From: Batkoa obscura
Taxonomy: Eukaryota
Reading direction: 5' to 3'
Length of the DNA: 39,961 nt
NCBI GenBank assembly: GCA_030770535.1
Contig: JASVEC010000155.1
Coordinates: forward strand, 1 to 39,961
The notes beneath the pieces were generated by a model, which was not told the DNA's origin, did not search any database, and saw only the letters and a list, made by a program, of their open reading frames with translations. The position numbers and the translations under genes were made by a program. The stretch's first letter is position 1. Each line of letters opens with the position of its first letter. This document shows positions 1 through 12,811 of this stretch, one piece after another.

Positions 1-41
1 TAAAAAATGGTACAAAAATGAAGAATGTATATTTAACAAAT

Positions 42-138
42 GGTGATGTTTTTTTGGCTTCATTATTTTTTCCATCTTTAAGCGCTATTTGAGTAGAAAA
101 ATTGTTAGTAAAATTCTTAAACACAAAAATACATCCCC
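42..138 (+). mobile_element. ~100-bp MITE (family 1), copy 1
   Basis: GGTGATGTTTTTTT...AAAAATACATCCCC imperfect TIRs; core TAAGCGCTATTTGAGT shared with 12 other copies in the window. Confidence 0.85.
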
Positions 139-1268
139 ATTTCATTATTAAGCTTTAAACTAATATTTCTTATCAAAAAATCCCAAAAATTCAAGCCCTT
201 TTCACTATTGTTATATTTCAATCTCACTAGTATACTTTTAATGTTGTCTTTTGCATCAACATTAGCTTCTTTTGATTCTGATCCCTTACATTCTTTATTC
301 TTTTTTGTTTTTTGCTTTGTACCTTTCGCTTTAAGGCTGGTATTAATAAAAATAGACTGAAGATTTTCCTTAATGGTGCCAGACATCAAATCTTTGGTAT
401 CAAAAATTTTAAATGGATGACTTAACGCTAACGCTTTATCTACTTGATTTTCTGGTGGATATATTGATTTTGAATTAAAGTTTGGATGCTTTTTGATAGT
501 TTGCAGGACATGTAAAAAACAATATATTAGAATAAAACGCTAAATAAAAAGACTATATAAACAATATTAGTTTATTTATATTTTTAAAACTCAAATACCT
601 ATTGTTTATTAAAACAAATTGTTGATACTTTTTTAGTTATTTAATCATTTCAAATTTATGGATAAAAGTACTCTCGAATAACATTAAGATATTTCTATAG
701 CCTAACCTTATTATCGCTATTACTCACCTTCCCTCACATTCAGAAGTTAACAACACCTAAGAAAACAGGCTTAAAGTTAAAAGCGATCGTCTCTGAGCAT
801 TGTGGATCTAAGGGTACTAAGCTGCTGTTGGGAAAAGGGTCAAAGGAAGCTTAGCTCTTAGTAGACTTTTCAATAAATTAAGTGGATATTTCAAATATTT
901 GTAAAAAGGTTTATCAGCTGTTAATGAAACAAACAAAAATCGCTAGAGAAAAGATGATAATTATAAAGACACTAAGAGTATAAAGGCAGGTAAAGATATC
1001 GAAGATGGTAAAGATTAAATACAGTAAAGGGGCTGAATATATCATAAAGGGTAATAGAGCTAAAAGTAAAGCTAAGGAATCAATTCAAAGAAGTGTTGAC
1101 AAAAAAGTCTTTATTGATAGTAAAAAAGATCCAATGTAACCTGAAAGAACAGCTTACAATTATTCCTATAATGATGGTTTACTTCAATAAATTTTATATA
1201 ACTAGACATAGTCACTAAGCTTAAGTTCAGCCAATGCTATACACTGATCTCTGAAACATATCGAGTAT

Positions 1269-1367
1269 GGGGATGTATTTTTGTATTTAAGAATTTTACT
1301 AATAATCTTTCCACTCAAATAGCGCTCAAAAGATGGAAAAAATAACGAAGTCAAAAAAAACATCACC
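1269..1367 (-). mobile_element. MITE family 1, copy 2
   Basis: Reverse complement of the family consensus; GGGGATGT...ACATCACC termini. Confidence 0.85.
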
Positions 1368-1493
1368 ATATCCTTCAGCAGTAAACCTTAATTTTAACTT
1401 ACTTTTATTTAGATTTATTTAAAATGTTTCTCCTAAAATTTCATTACTAATAATATCTACTATTTAAATATGAAAAGTTATAAAAAAGAAATC

Positions 1494-3110
1494 AATCTAA
1501 AGTAATCATTAAATTTTATTTTTAGCAAGTACCACCAAGGCGAATATCCCAATAAGTAAGATGGTCATCAACACTCAGAAATGGTTCAGTAGAAAGTGAA
1601 CAAGAAGGATCTTCAATTTGAGAAGTACTGCAAATCTTAGCTTGATTATTATGTAGCCACATTTCAACAAAATAATGATTAAAGGACATAGAACGAGGTG
1701 GTACATGAGGTACAATATCCTTGTTATTAGTAACCCTTGTAGATAATAAACTCAATGAATCAAACCAAGTAGCAAAATCGGAATTTCCTACTCTTGGTTG
1801 TCCATAGGTGAATAATTGTATATTTCCCCATGAGAGTTGTTGAGATGCTTGAAGATCAATAGCAGCTAAATTTGCAATTGCACCACCTAAAGAGTGACCA
1901 GTGACAACTAATTTAAAACCTGGATTGTTCTTTAATAAATCTTTGACTACAGGTGTATAAACTAAACTAAGTGCATCCCTAGCTTGTTTAAAACCAAGAT
2001 GAACTTGAACTTTACTATTACCAGAAAACAAATCCACTTTATCTACTTTAACATTTTGTACCCAATTTTTAATATTTGATGTGCCTCTAAATGAAACGAC
2101 AATAAACTTGTTAGTGGGATCAAGTCCAATATAACCTCTAGTTTCATACTTAGTATCTTCGAATACTTTGACTACTTTCAAGCCTCCATAAACGGAACAA
2201 TGGTTGCAGCTCCAATTGGCTAAAGTAGAATCACCACAATAAGCAGCACCGGCTAATCGTGCCATCTTTTTAGCAGTAGCTTCATTAGAGACAATTAGTC
2301 TGTTGACTGGAGAGCCCCTAGATTCTCGCACTGGTATGTCTTTAAAATCTTTAACAAGCTGGTTAAGATTATCGATTAAATTGTTGAGATAGGGGTCAGA
2401 AGAAACAGATGTAGCATTGAGTTTAGCTTGTTGCTGTAACTCACCGTTAATAGCGGAAAGGCAAAAAAGAGAGGATAATAAACCAATGTTTAACTTCATA
2501 TTGAAATTATATTATTTTGATAAAAATATAGACTTGTATTTATACTATTTTAATTTACTATAATGTATCTATAAATGTTAATTTAAAATTAAAAGTTTTT
2601 TGTTAGATGAGAAACTTGTATAATAAAATCAATAGTCAATTATGTGAAATTAGAATATAAATAATTATTATATTACTATTAAGTGAATCAAGTGATATTC
2701 TAATAGAAAGTTTCATTGTTTTATTTATAAGTAAAATAAAAACAACTATAATTAATCGACTAAAGTATACACAACACTTTAGTATAATGAGATAACAAAC
2801 CCTATATTTTTATGCTTCAGAATTTTGAATGCTAATGTCTTTTATTTAAAGGTCTTAATAAAATAAGCTTTCAATAGATACAATAAGAACAATACTAGAT
2901 ACAAATATTCCAGGCATGGTTTTTAATTTGAAGGGGTAAAATTAAGGTTGAATAGCACATGTCTAAATGTCAGTTATATATGGTATTTAACATTAGCATG
3001 GGTATTTTATATTCCCCTTTCAATAAGCATTTATTAAATGTGAAGAATTTATTCTTTCACTTATTTAAGTAATTACATTCCAGCTACTCTTACTGCAACT
3101 ATACAGTATC
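1494..3110. repeat. Segmental duplication (lipase plus upstream region), paralogous to ~11096-12920
   Basis: Colinear similarity covering the lipase 3' flank, the CDS and ~600 bp upstream (e.g. TCAATTATGT.AAATTA, TGAATCAAGTGAT, ATGTCTTTTATTTAA, CTCTTACTG.AACTATA). Confidence 0.9.
1522..2499 (-). CDS. Secreted class 3 (Rhizomucor/Rhizopus-type) triacylglycerol lipase, prepro-form, 325 aa
   Basis: Intronless ORF with hydrophobic signal peptide and propeptide; AAYC, SFRGT oxyanion motif, GHSLGG nucleophile elbow, TYGQPRVGN, DIVPHVP (Asp) and DHLTY (His). Confidence 0.95.
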   Translation of the reverse strand: MKLNIGLLSSLFCLSAINGELQQQAKLNATSVSSDPYLNNLIDNLNQLVKDFKDIPVRESRGSPVNRLIVSNEATAKKMARLAGAAYCGDSTLANWSCNHCSVYGGLKVVKVFEDTKYETRGYIGLDPTNKFIVVSFRGTSNIKNWVQNVKVDKVDLFSGNSKVQVHLGFKQARDALSLVYTPVVKDLLKNNPGFKLVVTGHSLGGAIANLAAIDLQASQQLSWGNIQLFTYGQPRVGNSDFATWFDSLSLLSTRVTNNKDIVPHVPPRSMSFNHYFVEMWLHNNQAKICSTSQIEDPSCSLSTEPFLSVDDHLTYWDIRLGGTC

Positions 3111-3609
3111 TTAGCGTATATTTTTAAAAATTTATCTGACAATGTAAACATATTAAAGTTAAGTAGGATCATGTTTAATTACCTTCACTACCAGTCCTTA
3201 AAAATCCTTCTACTCCAAAAAGCTTTAGTAGAAATGGCACAGATATTTAAATAGAGAGTTTAATTACATTTACCACAAGGCTAAAGACAGTCAAAACCAA
3301 TAAGACCAATTCCAGTAATTAAACTGGTCATCAGCTGATAAAATTATCAATATCTCACATTGCCTTCACTATCTTTTCTTACCATTTTTAGACTACTTTC
3401 GAATACTTTTGCGCTTAAAGAAACTAACCTGTTCTATTGGATATGAGGTCAAGAAAATACAATAAAGCTTTTTTTTTCTTGCAATTTTACTAACAATTTG
3501 TCTATTATTATTAATATATATAAAATGAAGCTAGAAAAATATTAGAATATATAAAAGCTTATGTAAATTTTATTTTTCAAATCATTTACTCAAGTTTGTT
3601 AATTAAGTG

Positions 3610-4485
3610 ATTTTAGGATTTCCTCAAAGAAAACGATCCGCCTCCGTGGAGACTTCTAATGGGGATTCTTTATCCAAGATTACTTATGCATAGAAAACTG
3701 AAGCTACTTGTATCCTTTTCATCTTATGTTATCCCTTCGAGGGAAAATAATGAAACTTCTTTTGGGATTTAAACCGATCTTGTTTTTTTAAAAGAGCTTG
3801 AATCACACAGACTTGACTTGTATACCTAAACGCGCTTTTCGGATCTATTTGGATAAAGATCCATATAATTTCTTTGTGGACCTACATTGACTACTGATTC
3901 GCCTTTCTTTAAATGGTTTGATTTCAAATGGACGAACAGTAAATACAGGCAAATGTTATGATATCTTACTCATAAGATATTTACCACAAAATTCAAGACC
4001 AGCTTGTATAAGCCAGAAGTAATACTAGAATGCGAATTCTGCGATAACCTTGAAAACAGTGTGGAGCGCCGTTTCTTTACTTGCCCATCTACCAAGACTC
4101 TTTGGTGTTGATGGCCTTCTTCCTCAGCAATTGGTCCTCACTGTCCCATTAGAAGCGTTTCAGAGGTTCTTTCTATCCTCTCGAATTACGATAAGCGATT
4201 TAGGGCTAAGTGCTATGCTTTGGTTCTACGGACCATTTATAAAGTCCATACTAACCTAGCCTTTGATACTAGTTTAGTAATTCCAAAGATATATACATAT
4301 ATATTAAATGGAAGGTAGTTTGATAAGCAGCTTTTTCTCATTTGATTTCCAAGTTATCAGAGAGTAAAAAGGGCTATGAAATTCTACCCAAGTGGCCATC
4401 CTCCCTACTCCCTTTGATTTAGTTTTTTAATATTTTAAGTCAGTAAATCACTTGAAGGTTCGGTCTTTCAAGAATTAAAAAAAAA
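3610..4485 (+). mobile_element. 5'-truncated non-LTR retrotransposon fragment (L1/Tx1-like ORF2 C-terminus)
   Basis: The frame from 3902 reads KWFDFKWTNSKYRQML*YLTHKIFTT...CEFCDNLENSVERRFFTCPSTKTLW, resembling the zf-RVT CxxC...E...H.F..C......W motif (H>R, W>stop). GC is higher than in the flanks and the segment ends in an A9 run at 4477-4485. Left boundary approximate. Confidence 0.65.
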
Positions 4486-4781
4486 CCATCTACTTGAATA
4501 TTGAAATAATTGTATTATTACAAATAAACTATTTGGGACAATAGCGTTTAATGGATCTAAAGAGTGGTAAGAGTTTCTATCTACAACAGTACATTTTTTA
4601 CTGTACAAAATTGGTTTTGTTTCAAATTTCAATAAAAAGTTGATATTGAATCAAAAGTTACTATTGTAATAAATAGTCGGTCTGTTTTATTAATAAAAAC
4701 ATCAAAAACATTTTTTGTTTTGATCTCTATTAGCAAATTGTCTACTATTAATAGTTATAAAAGACGAGACAAAGAATATAT

Positions 4782-4870
4782 GAGTGTGTTTTTCGTTTTC
4801 ATCACTTTTTCATTTTTTAAGCACTAGGTTAAGTGGAAAAATTATTAAAATTCTTAAAAAATAAACCCCC
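4782..4870 (+). mobile_element. MITE family 1, copy 3 (degenerate)
   Basis: TTCATCACTTTTTCATTTTTTAAGCACTA..AAGTGGAAAAATTATTAAAATTCTTAAA...CCCCC; ~290 bp upstream of the PLPBP start. Confidence 0.75.
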
Positions 4871-5159
4871 TTATATGTTATTCGTTTTATTTCAAATGAT
4901 AAGTTCAGTGCATTTTACAATTTTAGTTTTACTTCCCTTTAGTATTGAATTATATTTCAAAGTTATTTTTAACTCTAGATTTAAAAACAAACAATTTAGC
5001 AAATAAAACCTGCTTGATCTCATCTTTGATTGGCATTCTAGATTAACTAAACCAGTTTGTCACTTTATCTTGCTTTTGTCAAAAATATCAGCTTTAAGGA
5101 ATATGGGGAATAAACCAATCAATGGCTAATGTATATTTATTTCTTACTATCATAAAAAG

Positions 5160-6328
5160 ATGAAGTTGAAATCAATCGGACGATTAATTTTTAAACAAAA
5201 ACATACTAGATTGATGAGTACAATGAGTAGACAACAGGATATCGAATCCAATTTGAAGCAAGTTAGGCAAACTATAAAGGATTTAGATCAACAAAATAAA
5301 GTAAATTTATCTTTTTTAAAATCTTATTTCAAATCTAGAATCTAATTTCAATTCTTAATTTCCAATTCCAAAAGGTACGTTTAGTTAATGTCAGTAAAAC
5401 AAAGCCCATTTCAGATCTGCAAATAGCGTATGATCTAGGGGAACGTCATTTTGGTGAAAGTTATGTAAGCTCCAGTTAATGTTTATATTTTGAATTTAAC
5501 TATATCAAATAATTGGATAATGGAAATTAATATTTATTTAGGTGCAAGAATTAATAGAAAAAAGTGAAAAGGTTAGTGCTTGAATTATTTATTGCGATAG
5601 TAGTGACTAATGAGGATTATTAACTAATGATTGAATTTATTTTAGTTACCAAAAGATGTACAATGGCATTTTATTGGCAGTTTGCAATCCAATAAATGTA
5701 AAACTTTGGCTGGTAAGGGAGAAGGAATTAAACTAGCTTCAATTCAAAGCTTATTTAAAATATCACTTTAGGAATTCAAAATCTATTTGCAATAGAAACA
5801 GTAAGTAGTATCAAAACAGCGAGAGCATTAAATAACCACCGAAAAGAATTGGGCTATGGAAAGTTGAATGTATTTTTACAAATTAACACAAGCGGAGAAG
5901 AAAGTAAATTAAAACTTGAAGATATTTAACAAATTGTTTTTTAACTAAATTGAATCAAATAGGCAAATCGGGGTTATCAGCAAAATTAGAAGATATACTA
6001 CCAGCAGTGAAAGTAATTACTGGAGAATGCGATTATTTAAATCTAACTGGTTTAATGACTATTGGTTCCTCAGAAAATTCAAAATCAGGGGATATCAATC
6101 CAGATTTTGAAGTAATTTTATATTATATCTTATATATTAATACTAAATTATTTTTTTATTGAATAATAGTTGTTAAAGAAGTTGAAAGAAAATATAGATA
6201 AAGAATTTAAATTAAGTTTAGAATTATCCATGGGTATGTCAGATGATTATATAATGGCTATCCAACAGGGTTCAACAAATGTCAGAGTTGGGTCAACCAT
6301 CTTTGGAGCAAGGAATTATAACAAATAG
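5160..6328 (+). CDS. PLPBP: Pyridoxal phosphate homeostasis protein (PLPBP/PROSC/YggS family), 7 exons
   Basis: Exons 5160-5300, 5375-5464, 5542-5571, 5646-5712, 5772-5903, 5963-6111 and 6170-6328 join in frame via GT-AG introns. Motifs: VSKTK (PLP lysine), [57 protein letters not shown]. Confidence 0.95.
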
Positions 6329-7597
6329 ATAGTAGTATTTTTTAAATTAAAAGGTTGATTTTAAAATGTTGGATTTAAATATATGTTATTATTGTATAGA
6401 ATATGTAATGTCGTTAATTATTTACTTCGATTATTATCTTTGATATAGTAGCTGAAGAATAGTAGCTCAAGAGTAACATATAGGTACCATGTTAATTTAA
6501 AAGCTATGAAAGATAATTAAAGTTAATATGATTAACAAATAGCTAAATATTATGACAGTTTATCATTTTGGAATTTTTCTAGATATATAACTCCAAGTTT
6601 TATTATAACTATTAATTTCAAATAAACGTCATAGTTCTTTAATCAGAGTAAGTTTTAATTGATTTTATCTAATATAATTAAAAACTTGATATAAATTAAG
6701 AATAACATTGTTTATGCTAACAAATAATTTTATTTCAAGTCAATGATTAACTATATTTTGAACTATTGTATTAAAAGATTATCAATATCAACTTCTTGTT
6801 ACAAATCTAAATTTAAACCTCTGAATGGGAACACTGCAACTACATCAACTCAGTATTCCATTGAATCTCAGAGCAACAAGAAGGTAGTCAAGAGTACTAT
6901 GTATTACTAAACAAACAAACAAACCCAGTAAAATAATAATTGATTGTCTTACTACAATTGATTATAAATAGAATAGTTGTTAGATATATCATTAAAATTG
7001 ATTTATTGTAAAAAAGGTTTTCTACTGAATGTGTTTATTGACTTTTGATACTTGGTTTTGGGGAGGTAATGCTAAACAAGTATGGCTCAATGCTTTAAAC
7101 ACAGATTAACTGACAATTTATTGACTCCAAAAAGTAAGTAAGTTGAGTTGATAATTGGTGATAACAAACTGGTTATGGATGATATAAGTTATGGTATAGT
7201 AACTTGTGAAATAGATTACATTAAATAAACCAAGTTAAAAAGCAGAGTTTAATGTATAAATTGAATATTTAATATAGTTAGTTTTGGGTATAAAGTTATA
7301 GCCTTATGTTTAGTTTTATATTGAGATGAAATAAAGAATAAAGTTTTTAAAAATATAGACTTAGCTTTTTAATATAGTTTATAACAATAGGATAAATACC
7401 TTGTATGGTTTTACTAATGTAAGCGGTAATGGTAATAGTAACTAAAGTAGTTACAGCTTTACATCTATATTCATAATCATTATTTTGTATAAAGGAAGAA
7501 ATAGTAAAAAGATCAATAATGATTTGAAACTTCATCTCATTTTAAATAAATTTAATGCCATTACATTATATTTTTGATTGATTAACTTACTTTATAT

Positions 7598-7678
7598 ATG
7601 TTTTTTTAGCTTCATTACTTTTTCTACCTTTTAAGCACTATTTGAGTGGAAAAATTGTTAGTAAAATTCTTACATCCC
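7598..7678 (+). mobile_element. MITE family 1, copy 4 (internally deleted)
   Basis: Matches the consensus, with a short deletion before the ACATCCC end; tandem with copy 5. Confidence 0.8.
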
Positions 7679-7685
7679 ATATATT

Positions 7686-7783
7686 GAAGGTGTTTTTTTT
7701 GGTTTCATTGCTTTTTCTATCTTTTAAGCGCTATTTGAGTGGAAAAATTATTAGTGAAATTCTTAAACATAAAAATACACCCC
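7686..7783 (+). mobile_element. MITE family 1, copy 5
   Basis: Full-length consensus match ending AAAAATACACCCC. Confidence 0.85.
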
Positions 7784-7952
7784 AATATAATATTTAGGAA
7801 TGATAATGATAATGATAATACTATAGTTTGAGTTGTTATTTAAGTAAAGGGTTGTTTGTATAGTTTTTTTTAAGTGTAAATAAATATTGAAATTTATTGA
7901 AATAGTTAACATATACTACAATAGTCCTATTTTATTATAAAAGCAGGACCTA

Positions 7953-8042
7953 GGATGTATTTTTTTGTTTAAGAATTGTAACAATTTTTCTATTTAAATA
8001 GCGCTTAAAAATAGAAAAAGTGATGAAACCAAAAAAACACCC
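7953..8042 (-). mobile_element. MITE family 1, copy 6
   Basis: Reverse-complement consensus match GGATGTATTTTTTTGTTTAAG...AAAAAAACACCC. Confidence 0.85.
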
Positions 8043-8170
8043 ATTTAATGAAGTTTAGATTTAGTGGTTATTTTTTATCACTATTACGATTATCGAAATT
8101 AATGACAGTTTTACTTTTTATGAAAAACGTTTAGTCAAAATGCTTTTTAATTGAATTAAAATGATCAATT

Positions 8171-10646
8171 GGGGTTGTCTGAATTAGTTCATTATTTTAT
8201 CCAATTTTTGAATATTTTGTATTAAAACTTCGCTTAAAATTCTATAAAATTAAATCTTTTATTAAAACAAAAGTACCCAAACACAGTTCTAAATTATTCT
8301 ATTATAGCTCATACTGTAAGTTAGTTGAATTTCTACTAGATCTTAAATACATGTTCTTATAAAGCTTAATTGAGAAATATTTACTATCAACTACTTTATA
8401 ACCAACATTGTAAGATTTGTTATCAAACAAATAAACTATTTTAATGTTATAATTACATTATTAATATATTACCAAGTTAATAAATAGCTGCATGGGAGGG
8501 AGTGGTTAGCCCCAAAACTATAATTAACTATCCTATATAGTACAAGTAATAATAGTTTTTACATATTATTACAATTACTTGTTCTTTGACTATTTATTGA
8601 CTTAGCTATTAATAATTTAAGTAATCCTAACATTTAACAATCTATTTCTATCATTCAACAAACTACTTACTTGCTTAGTAAATATCGAAATTTTTAAATT
8701 CTCTGTTATTTTAGTAAGGTAAACTGAGATTGATCTTTTAATTTTTCTATTTTCTATAAACTCTATAACTTTAATTGGGATTATATCGCTTTTTTTTTAT
8801 GTATTACATACTGGATAACAATGTAGTTTATTGTTATGTTTAATAAAGTGTAAATACTTCTTAATGATTTGTATCTTTATTATTCTTTTTGTATTTTTGT
8901 TTCTTTCATACTTTTTAAAAATTATATCTGTTTTCCCATTATTAACAGTCGAGTTATTAATTTTATTATGCTCGCAAATAAAAGCCTCAAATCTTGAAAT
9001 TAATTGATCGATATCTTCTATTTTACCTAACGCTTCAAAACTACTTTTCCATTTTGAAAGGTTTCCAAAATGTCCATCAACTATACTTTTTCCATGATGC
9101 TCAGCAAAAAAATTAAGATTAACATTCAAACTACTATTTATTTTATGAATTTGTTTAAACATATAATGTAGAAACTCTTGGGATCTAAAATGATTTACTG
9201 TATCTGCCCATATATTAATTTTTGTAAACTTTTTAAATAGAAGCTGTGTAGAGATCAAATTGATTAAACAATCTCCTGCATATGCTGAATCATGATTCAA
9301 TATTTCAGATAAATAATCAAAGTAAACTTTGCCTATTGTTTTATCATCTTTTAAATATAATACACCAAAACCTAATACTGATATAGCTTGTTTATTATAA
9401 TGATCTAGATTTATTGAATCTGGTTTTGTTCCTATTTCCATATTTTGTTTAAAGTCTAAAATTATTATACAACTTTTATTATTTAATTTTTTAATAGTTT
9501 CATTAAATGTGTTTTTTGAGTATCAACACAGAATTTGCGTAATTTGTATAATTTTTCTTCTTTATTAAAAATTTCTTTTATTTCTGCTTTATTTTTTATT
9601 GCTGTATTTATTTTATTTTCAAATAACTTTTATCTAACTGTATATTGGGCACATATATTATATAGATCCATTTTTCTTGCTGGATTTTTGAAATTACTTG
9701 ATATATATTTAAGAAATGTTGACCTAGCTACTATGAAATCTGGTACTCAGTGTTTGAAGTCAGAAACAGCCATTGCTTGATTGACTACGCTATAGGTCGA
9801 AAGGTCTTAATTTATGTGACTAAGATAGACTTTGATTATGAGGAATAGCACGTAATAGGCTACAGACTATGTAAAACAAATATGGTAGACAATACTAATG
9901 TAAAATCTACGTGAAATAATATTAAGAAAACTTAGTGGCTTTATTAAATGTTCGAGATATCAGGGAATAACTCAGTTAAAAAGCCTCGAACTACTATACT
10001 CTGAAAACTCTTTTATACTCTGAAAAGTACAAATATCAAAATGAGAAGGTAATGTTATTTTGGATGGAGCTAGAAATTCTCATAGCAAATCAAACTAAGA
10101 ACGTGGGATTGATTTTCTTTGAACTCGAGAACACAACAGCTTAGGCGATTGTTATGCTATAATCAACCATGGGACTAACAAAGCGATATTTCACAATAGT
10201 ATATCTTTTCTTTGTTTTGTTTTATTATAAAATTCCGTAAATCCTGGGTTGTTATAAGTAGCTCTTAAAATTGATGTAAATGAAATACAATATTTATATT
10301 GTGTACTCCTCTTTATTGTATTAAAATTTGCAAAAATTCCATTTCGAAGTTTAGTGATGAAAGTTTGCATTTTATTTTTATTTCAATAAAAAATAAAGTC
10401 AAATAACTCTATTTATATAATTATATAGTTATGTATTACACATTTATTAAATATTTAACAGAAATAGAATAAAATATATAGTTAGGAAAATTGACTATTT
10501 AAGAAAAGAAAATAATTAAAATGAGTTTTAAATAAAGAGATTTAATTTTAGGCTTTTTAAATTTAACCGTCACCTAAAGATACAAATCTAAAAATAAAAT
10601 TTGGGTTAATTTATAAGTAAATTCTGAAATCAATTCAGACAACCCC
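8171..10646 (-). mobile_element. Decayed Sola-like (probably Sola2) DNA transposon, 2476 bp
   Basis: Perfect 15-bp TIRs GGGGTTGTCTGAATT (8171-8185) / AATTCAGACAACCCC (10632-10646), flanked by AATT and ATAT, enclosing a DDD-type transposase remnant. Confidence 0.75.
8797..9729 (-). pseudogene. Sola-like transposase, disrupted
   Basis: Reads RSTFLKYI..NFK.P.RKMDL..IC, then a stop at 9630-9632, a frameshift near 9510, then CIIILDFKQN, HDS, IWADTVNHFRS, NFFAEHHGKSIVDGHFG. This fits the DF.EN / W.D / FF...HGK...DG pattern I recall for Sola2 transposases. Confidence 0.75.
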
Positions 10647-11123
10647 ATATATTAGTTTTGACTTTTAACTTTTACAGTTGTTGAAATTTAGCCATGCAGT
10701 TTATAGCCATTTGTTTAAACTTGAAAATTAAAAATTCTCAAATGTTAAAGTTTTATTCAAAGTTATACATTAGTGTTTTTATTTTAATATGTTTTTAAAA
10801 ATAGATTTTAATATTAGCAATATAAGAAAAGGACACCAGCGAAACAATAATCAAACTAGTAGCACACTATACCATATTCATCTATAAAGAATTTTCTTCT
10901 TAACATCATAAATATCAATGCAAATCATAGATTTTTTTAAATCACAACTTATTAAAAAACTAGCCAAATAAATAGTAGCTGTAAATGTTTTAGGGATAGC
11001 TGCACAATTGAGTTTTAACAGCTGTAACTACTTATTAACTAGTTACAATAATAAAATAACAACTCAATCATAAAAAGCTAGAAAAATAACAAACTAATCT
11101 AAAGTAATCATTAAATTTTATTT

Positions 11124-12101
11124 TTAGCAAGTACCACCAAGGCGAATATCCCAATAAGTAAGATGGTCATCAACGCTCAGAAATGGTTCAGTAGAAAGTG
11201 AACAAGAAGGATCTTCAATTTGAGAAGTACTGCAAATCTTAGCTTGATTATTATGTAGCCACATTTCAACAAAATAATGATTAAAGGACATAGAACGAGG
11301 TGGTACATGAGGTACAATATCCTTGTTATTAGTAACTCTTGTAGATAATAAACTCAATGAATCAAACCAAGTAGCAAAATCGGAATTTCCTACTCTTGGT
11401 TGCCCATAGGTGAATAATTGTATATTTCCCCATGAGAGTTGTTGAGATGCTTGAAGATCAATAGCAGCTAAATTTGCAATTGCACCGCCTAAAGAGTGAC
11501 CAGTGACAACTAATTTAAAACCTGGATTGTTCTTTAATAAATCTTTGACTACAGGTGTATAAACTAAACTAAGTGCATCCCTAGCTTGTTTAAAACCAAG
11601 ATGAACTTGAACTTTACTATTACCAGAAAACAAATCCACTTTATCTATTTTAACATTTTGTACCCAATTTTTAATATTTGATGTGCCTCTAAATGAAACA
11701 ACAATAAACTTGTTAGTGGGATCAAGTCCAATATAACCTCTAGTCTCATATCTATTTTCATTGAACGCTTTAACTACCTTTAAACTACCACAATCCAAAC
11801 AGTGGTTTCAATTCCAATTAATCAAGGCAAAGTCACCACAATAAGCAGCACTGGGTAATCGTGCAATTCTTTTGGCAGTGACTTCATCGGAAATGAACAA
11901 TCTATTTATTGGTGGCCCCTTAGTTTCTCTCACTGGGATGTCCTTGAAATCCTTAAAAACTTGGCTAAGATCATGAATCAAATTATTGAAGTAGAAATCA
12001 GAGGAAGCCAAAGTACAACTAAGCTTAGCTTTTTGCTGTAACACACCATTAATGGCGGAAAGATAAAAAAGAGAAGCCAACAAGATATTATTTAATTCCA
12101 T
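11124..12101 (-). pseudogene. Class 3 lipase paralog with in-frame stop
   Basis: Same 978-nt length as 1522-2499. The two listed ORFs share one frame, separated by TGA (11808-11810) where the paralog has TGC (Cys): NWN*NHC vs NWSCNHC. Confidence 0.85.
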
Positions 12102-12411
12102 ATTGAAATGTGTTTATAGTAATAAAATTAGCGCTTTATATCTATACTACTTTAGTTTATTATAACACATCTATATATGTCGATTCGAAAATTTGTATAA
12201 AATGCAAATGATAAACTTCTCCAACAACTCGATAATCAATTATGTAAAATTAAAAGATCAATGGCAAAAATCTCAATAGTTAATGAATCAAGTGATTCTG
12301 TAGTTGCCATTTAGTTTTTTTATAGATAAATAAAATCAGCAATGACTATAACTAATCCTTTATATTTTATATAATAGCTTAGAATATTATAACAACACAA
12401 TAAAAATATAT

Positions 12412-12509
12412 AGAGTATATTTTTGTATTTAAGAATTTTACTACCAATTTTTCTACTCAAATAGTGCTTGAAAGGTGGAAAAAGTAATGGAGCCAAAAAA
12501 AACATCACC
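12412..12509 (-). mobile_element. MITE family 1, copy 7
   Basis: Consensus match; ATAT on both sides (12408-12411, 12510-12513); absent from the paralogous lipase-1 upstream region. Confidence 0.85.
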
Positions 12510-12811
12510 ATATAATATTATACCATAATTATTTGAGCGTCGATGTCTTTTATTTAATTGTCTTAAAATATAAGCTCAGGCGAACATGATAGAAACAATT
12601 TCAAGTCTGAATGTTGTAGAAGCACCTTATAAGCTGAAAACATAAATTTAGAATTGGACACCACATGTTTTAGTGTTAATTACATATCTGATATTTGATA
12701 TATAAGTGGTTATTTTATGCTTACACATTAACAAACTCCTATTGAACATGAGAAATTATTCTTTTGATTATTTGAGGAATTATATTTTAATTTCTCTTAC
12801 TGTAACTATAT

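Noticed and set aside
117..1260. 90-aa minus ORF and purine-rich, coding-like stretch between MITE copies 1 and 2
   Set aside because: No recognisable motif; the ORF runs into the MITE and other frames have many stops.
3578..4500. Degenerate TSD around the LINE fragment (AAATCATTTACT vs AAACCATCTACT)
   Set aside because: Too many mismatches in AT-rich DNA to use as a boundary.
11808..11810. TGA at a Cys position as selenocysteine or an alternative genetic code
   Set aside because: Single instance; the paralog has TGC, neighbouring residues are also degraded and no SECIS was recognised. A nonsense change or error is simpler.
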